Shown here: positions 50,788 through 59,183 of the stretch, piece after piece
Numbering within the stretch: the stretch's first letter is position 1
Layout: every line of letters starts with the position of its first letter
Assembly: GCA_003225495.1 (NCBI GenBank)
Contig: QIAJ01000084.1
Span: 30,953 to 94,952 of the forward strand
Length of the DNA stretch: 64,000 nucleotides
Direction of reading: 5' to 3'
Origin: Acidobacteriota bacterium
GTDB taxonomy: Bacteria; Acidobacteriota; Terriglobia; Terriglobales; Acidobacteriaceae
Notes under the pieces: generated by a model
What the model was told of the DNA's origin: nothing
What the model saw: the letters and a program-made list of their open reading frames with translations, nothing else
Databases searched by the model: none
Made by a program: the position numbers and the translations under genes

Positions 50788-51750
50788 TCAGTTAATGTTA
50801 TTTACTGGCCATTTGTTATGAAGAGCAATAATTTTGAATCCGGCTTCCGAGCTTATATCGTGGGGATCGCTTCCTTTAAACGCTAAGAGCTGATCATTCG
50901 GATCGCCGGGCTTCCAACTAAAGATGGCCGGGCACGGATCATCTAAATCATTGAACTTGCAGCCTTCAGATGTCTGTTCGGTGAAGCGCACTGTGCCATC
51001 ATTCGCGACGATCATCGATCCAGCTGTCCATGTCATGCCTAAGCATGTAACCGTCGGGTTTTCTGCACCTGCGATGGGACCTGCACAGAGCTTGTCGCCG
51101 GAGCTATAAGCGATGTGCTCGCCATCCGGACTGATATTGAATTCTTTGACATTCGTCGCTATCAGACGCCGGGGTGAGGCGAGGTATAGCGCATTCTGGT
51201 TGGTCAATTCAAGCGTGTGAGTGCGGATGTCGTCACATCGCAAGTCCAACGTTGAGGCCGCCACTGGTATATTTCGGCCAGCCAATAAGTCGGTAAATGT
51301 AAAAGCGCCCTTTGACCCAGTAGTTGAGTACGTACGCAAAATAATCGTGCCACAAGTGGGATTCAGATCATTCCTTCGATCCGTCGCTTCGGATCTTGTT
51401 TTTCGTCCGGTGCGTAAATCAACAACTTCTAGAACGGCATGGGTCGGTGCAGGTAGTCTCACAAGAGCCAACAATGTTGCGTCTCTCGAAATTCCCCAGC
51501 TTTCGATGTCGCCTGTTTGAGTGAGGCGAACAGATTGGCGGCTGGCGACACCGCTTTGTACCGACGTGCATCGGATGTAGATATCTTTGGATTCTAATGT
51601 TGAACTACAGCTCCTCATAAAAGGCGATGGAGGCCTTCGTCGTACCCTTGTGGACTGGGGACGAATGGGAGATACGTATAGCAAACAGCCGAAGAAAACC
51701 ACCATCGCGACTATTGGAACCAATCGTGTCTGATGCCAACACTGTCGCAT
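50788..51750 (-). CDS. hypothetical secreted/membrane-anchored protein
   Basis: N-terminal hydrophobic segment LVPIVAMVVFFGCLLYV. AT-rich gene with no recognisable motif. Confidence 0.45.
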   Translation of the reverse strand: MRQCWHQTRLVPIVAMVVFFGCLLYVSPIRPQSTRVRRRPPSPFMRSCSSTLESKDIYIRCTSVQSGVASRQSVRLTQTGDIESWGISRDATLLALVRLPAPTHAVLEVVDLRTGRKTRSEATDRRNDLNPTCGTIILRTYSTTGSKGAFTFTDLLAGRNIPVAASTLDLRCDDIRTHTLELTNQNALYLASPRRLIATNVKEFNISPDGEHIAYSSGDKLCAGPIAGAENPTVTCLGMTWTAGSMIVANDGTVRFTEQTSEGCKFNDLDDPCPAIFSWKPGDPNDQLLAFKGSDPHDISSEAGFKIIALHNKWPVNNIN

Positions 51751-51972
51751 GACATGCGCACCTAAGCGATAATCACCTATCTTGGTCTAGTGATTGTTCA
51801 ATGAAAGTCTTCGCCTCGACGTGTATTGTCAATTTCTGCCTTGATTTTCTCACACAATCAGAGTTGACCAAGTTTTGCAGAGTCATAGTCATTCAACTTC
51901 TCCAACGACTGAGAAGGAATGGCTATTGTCCTCTCTCAACCCGTCATTCACCGAATAGGACAATGAGCTGGT

Positions 51973-52422
51973 CTACCAATCGAACCAGCTCCAACCGGTA
52001 CCTCTATTGATGCCGCCCGCCGCCGGTCTAGCCTTATCCGGTAGACATATCTCATAGTAGCCGCTCGGCACAGCTCCACTTGATTGATCCTGTTTATATC
52101 GGTCACCGTTCCAATACGCATTTTGAGTCCAATTGTTAACAGAAGCAGGTCCATTGGATGTCTGACTTCCCACAAAATTCCAACTAGAGCCAGTACTCGT
52201 CTCGATTCCCATGTGAGTCCCCCCGGGTGTTACGAATTGAACTATATTTCCCGGTTGCACATCATTTGGCGAAATCGAAGAAAATCTTGGAGTATTGCCG
52301 AGCTGTGTCGCTCCAACCCATGGAATGTTTATGCCAGGCGGGTGGCCCAGGTAACAACGGGTGCCCCACGTTTCGTTTTTTGAAACGTGGGTGCTGACAA
52401 CGGAAATGTTGCTGCGTTCCAT
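51973..52422 (-). CDS. hypothetical protein, weak CHAP/NlpC-P60-like Cys...His pattern
   Basis: ..WGTRCYLG.. followed about 45 aa later by ..PGNIVQFVTPGGTHMGIE.., resembling the GD-IV-F...HVGI strand of papain-like amidases. This is a by-eye impression only. Confidence 0.3.
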   Translation of the reverse strand: MERSNISVVSTHVSKNETWGTRCYLGHPPGINIPWVGATQLGNTPRFSSISPNDVQPGNIVQFVTPGGTHMGIETSTGSSWNFVGSQTSNGPASVNNWTQNAYWNGDRYKQDQSSGAVPSGYYEICLPDKARPAAGGINRGTGWSWFDW

Positions 52423-52574
52423 CAGGGACGGAGGCCCGAACCTTGCAAGGGCTTTACGGCTCGGCTGAAGATAAAAATCGCCCGTTTTACGCCGACCACC
52501 CGTGGAAAATGCCCATATCTCGGCGTAAAGTGGTGCACGTGAAACCCCGACCCAAATAGCAGGAGGTCAATCCA

Positions 52575-53000
52575 ATGCGCTTCACTCTAATGTTCTTCTT
52601 CACTTTTGTAATTTGCGCGTTTGCCCAAGCTCAAACTGGTCCTTGCACCGAGAAGGCCATCAAGCAAGGCAACTTGCCTTTTGCCGATGATGCCTTTTCC
52701 TTCATGCCTCCATACGGTAAGCCTGTGACTGGCACAGCCGCAACCGAGGAAGCCGCCAAGAAAAGCTTCTCTGATCGCGTAAACCGGAAGTTTGAATGGG
52801 CCAGCGACCACCGCATTGTGGCATCATCCTCCGCTGATATGGCCTACGAGCACGGCACAATGCATGTCTCCTATGACGACAAAAGCGACGGCAAGCACCA
52901 CACGTTCGATGCAGTGATGCTGAATGTGTACAAGGCGAAAGGCGCGGTGTGCCAGCAGGTGGCTGGAACCATGCACCCACTTGAAGATACCGTTAAGTAG
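52575..53000 (+). CDS. secreted NTF2/SnoaL-like (DUF4440-like) protein
   Basis: AGGAGG lies before the ATG. Signal peptide MRFTLMFFFTFVICAFAQA. Size and pattern are typical of NTF2-like folds. Confidence 0.45.
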   Translation: MRFTLMFFFTFVICAFAQAQTGPCTEKAIKQGNLPFADDAFSFMPPYGKPVTGTAATEEAAKKSFSDRVNRKFEWASDHRIVASSSADMAYEHGTMHVSYDDKSDGKHHTFDAVMLNVYKAKGAVCQQVAGTMHPLEDTVK

Positions 53001-53310
53001 GTGAATGCATGGTCGGTTCAGGTGTCGAATGGATCGTGCACGCGATGTCTAGTGCTGAACGCTCTTACTTTTTGTCGCTTACATCTTCTCCGTGCCATGA
53101 CGGCAACATTTCCTGATCCTATTCCGCAATAAGCAGAGCTTGCCAATCGGCTCGCCTCCATCGAACGGCTTCTCTCACATTCGCCACAATTTGACCCGAA
53201 TCGTGACCCGATGAGCCACTTCCCGTCGGGTTTGCGCATTTAACAAACGACAGAACAATTCCCCGGTCCTGTGAGTCTCAATCGATCGATGAATCAATAA
53301 GGAGAACATT

Positions 53311-53763
53311 ATGAATCCACGTCGTAAATCAACCCGGTTTGCAGTTCTGGGGCTGCTCTTGCTCGCCACCGTAGGATCGCTGGTCGGTGTCAGCGCAGCC
53401 GCACCCCCGATCACCATTGCTCAGCTCGCAGGTCCCTGGCAGGTCGCCGTGACTGGGAACACCGGCTGCGGCGTCTCGTCCTTGTTGTACAACGGCAAAC
53501 TCGACAGTATCGGCCACTCAACAGGCACTCTGACCGGCAGTAGTGCCGGATGCGGATCGAGTACCACGACCGAGACTTTCAACATTCTGACGCTGAACGG
53601 CAACGGTTCCGGCACAGCCGGTTTGACCTGCGGTGCTGGCTGCGGTTGGGTGTTCAACATTCAGGTCTCTCGCAACAAGCAGGTGATCAACATGGTGGAT
53701 GTCCATGACGGCGGCTCCAACGTATTGGCTGGCACTGCCGTGAAACAGACCGTCACTCCGTAA
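53311..53763 (+). CDS. secreted hypothetical protein (Gly/Thr/Cys-rich)
   Basis: AAGGAG lies before the ATG. Signal peptide ..FAVLGLLLLATVGSLVGVSAA. Four Cys arranged in pairs. Confidence 0.5.
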   Translation: MNPRRKSTRFAVLGLLLLATVGSLVGVSAAAPPITIAQLAGPWQVAVTGNTGCGVSSLLYNGKLDSIGHSTGTLTGSSAGCGSSTTTETFNILTLNGNGSGTAGLTCGAGCGWVFNIQVSRNKQVINMVDVHDGGSNVLAGTAVKQTVTP

Positions 53764-53813
53764 CCACACCCGCTCGACGTCGGAGTCAAAGTTGCATCCG
53801 TCTTGAACCGATT

Positions 53814-53848
53814 CCCACACATCGCGCACTTTGCGGTGTGTGGGTTTT
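53814..53848 (+). terminator. Rho-independent terminator
   Basis: 12-bp stem CCCACACATCGC/GCGGTGTGTGGG with one G-U pair, loop GCACTTT, then TTTTG. It lies 50 nt after the stop at 53763. Confidence 0.65.
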
Positions 53849-53984
53849 GTCGCCAACGAAATGTCGAAGTCACAATCAACCCCGATCTGGAACCCTCTCC
53901 TGGCCGGGAGAGATTAACAATCGGCAGTTGGCAACGTGTGAGAGAACCTTGCACACCGGAGCGCCCCGGATATAGCATGAATTA

Positions 53985-54341
53985 ATGGCGAAAGTCCGCT
54001 CCATTCTGATCGTGAGTTGGCTCCTTCTGTGGACATTCGCGCCTGCACTCACCTGTCTGCCCAACCGCCAAATGACCCAGGCGGAAATGGAGTGCTGCAA
54101 GAAGATGGCCGGTGATTGCCATCGGGGCCCCACGCAACATCCTTGTTGTAAGACCGCTCCAAATGTCGACGTACCCGTTGCAACCGTTCAGCACGTTCCG
54201 CAGATCCATGCCGACCTCGCAATTCTTTGCCAGACAAAGAGCTTGCAACTTGAGCCAGCGGATGCGGCACTAATCGCTCAAACCAATCTCGGCCTTCCGC
54301 CTCCTGCTCCACCCGGTGCCACCTCCGTTCTAAGAATCTAG
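53985..54341 (+). CDS. membrane-anchored Cys-rich small protein (two CC pairs)
   Basis: N-terminal anchor ILIVSWLLLWTFAPAL, then MTQAEMECCKKMAGDCHRGPTQHPCCK. First gene after the terminator. Confidence 0.55.
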   Translation: MAKVRSILIVSWLLLWTFAPALTCLPNRQMTQAEMECCKKMAGDCHRGPTQHPCCKTAPNVDVPVATVQHVPQIHADLAILCQTKSLQLEPADAALIAQTNLGLPPPAPPGATSVLRI

Positions 54342-54411
54342 ACCCCGCCTCGTTTGTTCGCGCACACAAGGAACGCATACGTGTGTATCCGCGCACTACG
54401 GAGGAGAAGCT

Positions 54412-55257
54412 ATGAGACGTGCAGTATTTCTGCTCGTTTTCCTGGGTCTGCCCTGGTTTGCTTTTGCATCCGGGCATGGGCCGGTTTTCGGGCTTGCAAC
54501 ACCTACCAACTCGCAGGGGGAATGGAGCTTCGACACCGGTCTGTTCGGCCGCGCCGGGAGTAATGGCTCGCAGGCCTCGATCCGAGGATTGGTTGGATAC
54601 GGCTTCACACCGCATCTGACCCTCTCATTTACGCTCCCCGCTGTCGTCACGAACACGACACTCCCACCCACCAGAATTCAACCGGGGGACGATTTCGATT
54701 CCACTCTGTCGTGGCGCTTTCAGCATCGGGCTACAAAAGTCGGTACCCGCTTCGAGAGCACTGCATTCGCCGGTCTGGCCGTACCCGGTCCGCAATCCGG
54801 GTTCACAGGAGTCGCCCACACCACTAACGCGCCGGGAACCATGTTCGGCGCAGTTACTGGCATGGCATCGCGGAGTCACTATATATGGCTCGGCAGCACC
54901 TACACCAGGTTCTTCGAGCACGACGGCGACAAGCGGCCCGACGTACTCGATTACAGCCTGGTGTACGGCTATCGTCCACCCAAATGGCGGAGACCGCCCG
55001 ACAAGTGGGACTGGCGTCTGTTCGGAGAATTGGTGGGCGAGCGGTCGCATCGATTTCTGGAAGCGAACTCGATCGTAGCTCGGACGCAAGCGCATCAGGT
55101 CTTCATCGGCCCCTCGGCGCTCGGGATTTATCACAACTACACCGTGAGCTTCGGAGTACAGCTGCCCATCTACCAGAATGTCGGCTCGATGTTCCCGAAA
55201 GAGCGTGTGCGGTTCGCAGTCAACTTCAGCTACCTGCTGTTTCAACACTCACACTAG
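54412..55257 (+). CDS. secreted hypothetical protein, possibly an outer-membrane beta-barrel
   Basis: GGAGGAG lies before the ATG. Signal peptide MRRAVFLLVFLGLPWFAFA. Alternating aromatic/Gly strands, and a C-terminal ..NFSYLLF near the end. Confidence 0.5.
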   Translation: MRRAVFLLVFLGLPWFAFASGHGPVFGLATPTNSQGEWSFDTGLFGRAGSNGSQASIRGLVGYGFTPHLTLSFTLPAVVTNTTLPPTRIQPGDDFDSTLSWRFQHRATKVGTRFESTAFAGLAVPGPQSGFTGVAHTTNAPGTMFGAVTGMASRSHYIWLGSTYTRFFEHDGDKRPDVLDYSLVYGYRPPKWRRPPDKWDWRLFGELVGERSHRFLEANSIVARTQAHQVFIGPSALGIYHNYTVSFGVQLPIYQNVGSMFPKERVRFAVNFSYLLFQHSH

Positions 55258-55267
55258 GAGGACTGGA

Positions 55268-55714
55268 ATGAAGAAGATAATTTCACGATTGCTGTTGCTG
55301 CTGATCGTTGCGGCTTCTGCTTCGGCGGAGATCAGATCCATTGACATCACGATTTTCGGGATGGATTGAGAGGTCTGTGCACACGCCGTGCGCGTGTCCC
55401 TGAAGTCGGTTTCTGGTGTGGACTCCGTTGAAGTGAGCCTTGAGAAGGGACTCGCCTCCGTAAGAATGAAGCCCGGCAACACGGCCACACTGAAACAGAT
55501 CAATGGAGCGATTAGCAAGAACGGCTCGATGCTGCAGGTGTCCGGCTCCAACGAAATGTTGGAGCTTGTGCCCGACTCCGCTGCAACGCCAGTAGCAACC
55601 ACTCTGATGGGGAAGTCGGTGTTGGTGGAAGCAATAATACCCGAGGCCGGAAAAGGCAAATCGCCCGACTCCATTCGCTATCGGTCGATAAAGGAAGATA
55701 ACAACTCGAAATGA
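55268..55714 (+). CDS. periplasmic MerP-like heavy-metal-associated protein with an in-frame TGA (55367-55369) at the first Cys of GMxCxxC; candidate selenoprotein or nonsense pseudogene
   Basis: AGGAGG lies 8 nt before the ATG. The signal peptide and ..ITIFGMD-TGA-EVCAHAVRVSLKSVSGVDSVEVSLEKGLASV sit in a single frame. The gene ends with an ATGA overlap onto the next gene. Confidence 0.6.
55381..55397 (+). promoter_or_regulatory. candidate bacterial SECIS upper stem-loop
   Basis: ACACGC-CGTGC-GCGTGT: a 6-bp stem with a 5-nt loop containing GT. It starts exactly 11 nt after the TGA. Confidence 0.4.
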
Positions 55715-56127
55715 ACACTACGTCAACGCCAATTACAACACGTGCGGGATTGCTCAATTATTTCTCTCTCTTCACGTCTTTGAGCACGCTGCTCTGCTGT
55801 GCGCTCCCTTCATTACTTGTGCTCTTAGGGCTTGGTGCCTCCGTTGCGTCCACCTTGTCATCTCTTCCATGGCTGGTCACGCTGTCCCGGCACAAAGTCT
55901 TGACATTCTCGGTATCCGGCGCCCTGATCGCGTGCAGCTTTCTGAACACGTACTACATTGTTCCTCGTCTTAAAAAAGAAGAGTGCAGCGCCGACAATCC
56001 CAATGCGTGCGCGGAGGCGAGCGGGCTCAGCAGGCTTCTACTCTGGATTTCGATGGTGATCTATTCAGTCGGCTTTTTTGTCGCATTCCTGCTTGGACCG
56101 ATTCTGTCCAGACTAGACAACGCATGA
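55711..56127 (+). CDS. MerT/MerC-like metal transport membrane protein
   Basis: The first TM helix carries a vicinal Cys pair, LLCCALPSLLVLLGLG (compare MerT ..ACCLGPLVLIALG..). A second Cys pair is CSADNPNAC. About 4 TM helices. Confidence 0.5.
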   Translation: MNTTSTPITTRAGLLNYFSLFTSLSTLLCCALPSLLVLLGLGASVASTLSSLPWLVTLSRHKVLTFSVSGALIACSFLNTYYIVPRLKKEECSADNPNACAEASGLSRLLLWISMVIYSVGFFVAFLLGPILSRLDNA

Positions 56128-56179
56128 CCACCTGGGAAACGCCGTATCTCCGAGTGTCGATGTAACAAATGATCGACCA

Positions 56180-56878
56180 CTATTGGCGAGGTAGAATGAC
56201 GTTTTTCGCGGACGAACGCAACGTTGGAATGAGCCAGCGAAATAGAAACGTGGCTCCCAAGCCGCCTGCGAACTGGGCCAGAACAAAGAGAGGAACATCG
56301 ATGGGGCGGATTCCCGCGAACGTATCTGAAAATGACCTTGCAATTGTCACAGCCGGATTTGCAAATGAGGTAGACGAGGTGAACCAGTAGGCTGCCGTGA
56401 TGTAGCTTGCAACAGCAAACGGCACTGCACTCGACCGGGAGCGCGAGCACCCCCAAATGACCGACAGCAATCCGAAGGTAGCAACGCATTCGCTTAAGAA
56501 TTGAGCTGGCCCGCTGCGGACGTGGTGGGAAAGAGAGATCAACGAAAGTCCAAACATCCCATGTGCCAGGACGCTTCCCCCGATTCCACCAGTGGTTTGG
56601 GCAAGAATATATGGGAGAGTCTCAGACCACGGCAGTCCTCCTTCTACGGCATCAGCCACTGAAACAACGGGGTTGAAATGTGCGCCGGAGATGGGTCCGA
56701 AGGTAAGGATCAAAGCCACCAGCGCGGCGCCGGTCGCGATCGCATTTGCGAGAAGAGCGATCGCAGTGTTTCCCGCTGAGAGCCGTTCTGCCATGATTCC
56801 CGAGCCGACTACTGCCGCCACCAGAAACCCCGTGCTGAGAAATTCCGCCGCAACCCGGGCTCGTAGATTGAATCTCAT
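56180..56878 (-). CDS. MIP-family channel (aquaglyceroporin-like, probable arsenite channel)
   Basis: Start at MRFNLRARVAAEF, with an ATGA overlap onto arsC. HFNPVVS and FANPAVT are the two NPA-type boxes. Confidence 0.8.
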   Translation of the reverse strand: MRFNLRARVAAEFLSTGFLVAAVVGSGIMAERLSAGNTAIALLANAIATGAALVALILTFGPISGAHFNPVVSVADAVEGGLPWSETLPYILAQTTGGIGGSVLAHGMFGLSLISLSHHVRSGPAQFLSECVATFGLLSVIWGCSRSRSSAVPFAVASYITAAYWFTSSTSFANPAVTIARSFSDTFAGIRPIDVPLFVLAQFAGGLGATFLFRWLIPTLRSSAKNVILPRQ

Positions 56879-57366
56879 TGCCGGCCGATATTGTCGATTT
56901 CTTTCTGAAGCGTCATCCTGTCGATGCTCTTGAGCGGGAGGCTTAGAAACAGCTCGATTCTGCGCTGAAGCATGCAGAAGGCATTGTTGAATGCACGCTG
57001 CACCTCTTTCTCTGTTCCCTGAACGGTTGCAGGATCGGGAACACCCCAATGAGCGCTCAGAGGCTGGCCCGGCCACACCGGACAAACTTCTTTGGCGGCA
57101 CTATCACAGACAGTGAACGCAAAATCGAGCTTGGGTGCATCCGGCTTGGCAAACTCTTCCCAACTCTTGCTTCGAAGCCCGGCTGTCGGCAAATCTGCCA
57201 TTTCAATTTGTTTCAGGGCTTCCGGCCGAACAACTCCCGTAGGATGGCTTCCTGCGCTGTAAGCGATGAAGTTGGGTTTTCCCCTGTAATTGAAAATTGC
57301 TTCGGCCATGATCGACCGCGCGGAATTTCCAGTGCACAAGAACAACACGTTGTAGGGTGCTTGCAT
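56875..57366 (-). CDS. arsC: arsenate reductase, LMW-PTPase / thioredoxin-coupled type
   Basis: VLFLCTGNSARS (CX5R P-loop) and the downstream Cys pair TVCDSAAKEVCP. GGAGAG lies before ATG 57366; ATG 57384 is an alternative start. Confidence 0.88.
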   Translation of the reverse strand: MQAPYNVLFLCTGNSARSIMAEAIFNYRGKPNFIAYSAGSHPTGVVRPEALKQIEMADLPTAGLRSKSWEEFAKPDAPKLDFAFTVCDSAAKEVCPVWPGQPLSAHWGVPDPATVQGTEKEVQRAFNNAFCMLQRRIELFLSLPLKSIDRMTLQKEIDNIGRQ

Positions 57367-57384
57367 GGGAACTCTCCGGACCAT

Positions 57385-58248
57385 TCAGCTACAGCAGGTC
57401 GGGCCACAGCAGGCTTCCGCCGCCGGGCTAGATGGCTTCACCGCGCGGACGAACGCGCTCATGAACTTGCCGTCTACTTCAGCTGCCATCGAATCCACGT
57501 CAACACCTTCCGCGGAAAGAAACTCGCGTGCATCCTCCACGTTGTAAATGCGAGTCGGTTCAATTTCGATTTGCTCGAAGCCAGCGGAGGTGAGCTTGCT
57601 GCGGTATTCACTGTCCTGGAGCGCTCCCGCCACGCAGCCGACCCAAAGCAGCACACTTTCGCGAATCTCCGGTTTCATTGCTCCTCGCGTCACAACATCT
57701 GACACCGCAAAGCGCCCTCCTGGCTTGAGTACGCGGAACGCTTCGCGCAACACGCGATCCTTGTCCGCTGAAAGGTTAATCACGCAATTCGAGATAATGA
57801 CATCCACGGTGTTGTCGGGAAGAGGAATGTGCTCGATCTCGCCTTTCAGGAATTCGACATTCTCGGCTCCGGATTTCCGCTTGTTCTCGTTTGCCAGGGC
57901 AAGCATTTCATCGGTCATATCAAGGCCGTAGGCCTTGCCTGTAGGCCCGACACGCTTGGCTGAAAGCAACACGTCGATGCCGCCGCCTGAACCCAGGTCA
58001 AGCACCACGTCTCCGGCGTTAAGTTTCGCCAATGTGGTAGGATTTCCGCAGCCCAGTGAAGCGAGCAAAGCTTCTTCAGGTAACTGACCCGACTGCGAAG
58101 CATCGTAGAGATTCGAGGTAATCGGATCGCAGCACAACTCCTTTGCCGCGGACGCCCCGCAGCAGCTACTGCTTCCGCCGCTCTGTACCCGAAGCGCCGC
58201 TTGCCCGTACTTCTCCTTGACAACTTCCTTTATATTCGTGGTGTCCAT
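57385..58248 (-). CDS. arsM: arsenite S-adenosylmethionine methyltransferase
   Basis: Cys pairs near the N-terminus (SSCCG, CCDP), LGCGNPT, SAM motif [12 protein letters not shown] and a Cys-rich C-terminus CCGPTCCS. Confidence 0.88.
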   Translation of the reverse strand: MDTTNIKEVVKEKYGQAALRVQSGGSSSCCGASAAKELCCDPITSNLYDASQSGQLPEEALLASLGCGNPTTLAKLNAGDVVLDLGSGGGIDVLLSAKRVGPTGKAYGLDMTDEMLALANENKRKSGAENVEFLKGEIEHIPLPDNTVDVIISNCVINLSADKDRVLREAFRVLKPGGRFAVSDVVTRGAMKPEIRESVLLWVGCVAGALQDSEYRSKLTSAGFEQIEIEPTRIYNVEDAREFLSAEGVDVDSMAAEVDGKFMSAFVRAVKPSSPAAEACCGPTCCS

Positions 58249-58257
58249 GGATTCCCC

Positions 58258-58614
58258 CTATTTGCAAATTTGAACGATGCTCTGTGGCTTGACCGCTTTG
58301 TTTCGCGTACAGCACTCCGCATATAAGAATTGCAGCAAGTCCTGCAGCACATCCGTATTGGCTGTGTAGCGCAAGAACGTGCTCTCCCGACGCACCTCTA
58401 CAAGACCTTCGTTTCTGAGCTTGTCCAGGTGGTGGGAAAGAGTTGAATTGGGGATTTCCAGTTCTTCCTGGATTTCGCCGACTACCAGACCATCCGGATG
58501 CGCCGTAAGCAGAAGTTGCATGATCCGGAGCCGCGCTTCGGTTCCCATTGCCGAGAACATGTCCGCGTATCGGGCAACCTGCTCAGTGCTCTTCTTTGCT
58601 AGCGTGCTCGGCAT
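58258..58614 (-). CDS. arsR: ArsR/SmtB-family metalloregulator
   Basis: Start at MPSTLAKKS. wHTH is ..LRIMQLLLTAHPDGLVVGEIQEELEIPNSTLSHHLDKLRNEGLV... C-terminal Cys (AECC). It is the first gene of the ars operon. Confidence 0.85.
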   Translation of the reverse strand: MPSTLAKKSTEQVARYADMFSAMGTEARLRIMQLLLTAHPDGLVVGEIQEELEIPNSTLSHHLDKLRNEGLVEVRRESTFLRYTANTDVLQDLLQFLYAECCTRNKAVKPQSIVQICK

Positions 58615-58753
58615 ATTTCGATAATTGCAGAAATACGGGCGGATGTCAAGTCCCCAAAGCGTGCCCCTCTCATTCGCGCCTTTTGCGGGACCGCCGCACA
58701 AGCTTGTTGTTTTGCGGGATCCCGAAGAAGAATATGGGAATACGCCGTTCTTT

Positions 58754-58768
58754 GTAGTAGCATTGCCG
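58754..58768. promoter_or_regulatory. candidate BlaI-type operator half (GTAGTAGCATTGCCG) upstream of blaI
   Basis: Matches 14 of 15 positions with 60173-60187. It lies 17 nt upstream of the blaI ATG and contains TGTA. Confidence 0.45.
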
Positions 58769-58784
58769 GGACGAGTAGGAGATT

Positions 58785-59183
58785 ATGAAAGAGCCGCGCC
58801 TTTCCAAGGCAGAAACTCGTATCCTGGAACAGTACTGGAAACTGGGGACCGCGTCCGTGCGCGAGGTCCTGGAAAGCCTCCCTGAGGACGAACGTGTCGC
58901 TTACACAACCGTGCAAACCCTCGTCTATAGACTTGAGGAGAAGGGGGCTTTGAGGAAGGTGAAGAAAATTGGTAATGCCCAACTGTTTCAACCGGCCCTC
59001 GATCAGAGCCAACACCGCAGCCGATTGATACGCGACCTGCTGGATCTTTTTGGAGGCTCGCCGCGCCTGCTGGTATCCAACCTGCTTGAGAATGGCGCCC
59101 TGACCTTGCGGGATCTGAAGGCGCTGCAGAGTGCGGCCCGAAGTGATAGGAACGGTCGCAGTCGTGGAGGTAAACGTGCATGA
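58785..59183 (+). CDS. BlaI/MecI/CopY-family transcriptional repressor
   Basis: LSKAETRILEQYWKLGTASVREVLESL...AYTTVQTLVYRLEEKGAL is a winged helix typical of the family. Confidence 0.88.
   Translation: MKEPRLSKAETRILEQYWKLGTASVREVLESLPEDERVAYTTVQTLVYRLEEKGALRKVKKIGNAQLFQPALDQSQHRSRLIRDLLDLFGGSPRLLVSNLLENGALTLRDLKALQSAARSDRNGRSRGGKRA

Noticed and set aside
58612-58635. Inverted repeat TATTTC-N10-GAAATA at the arsR start, considered as an ArsR operator.
   Set aside because: Its 6-bp arms are AT-rich and overlap the start codon itself. It has no resemblance I can confirm to known ArsR boxes.
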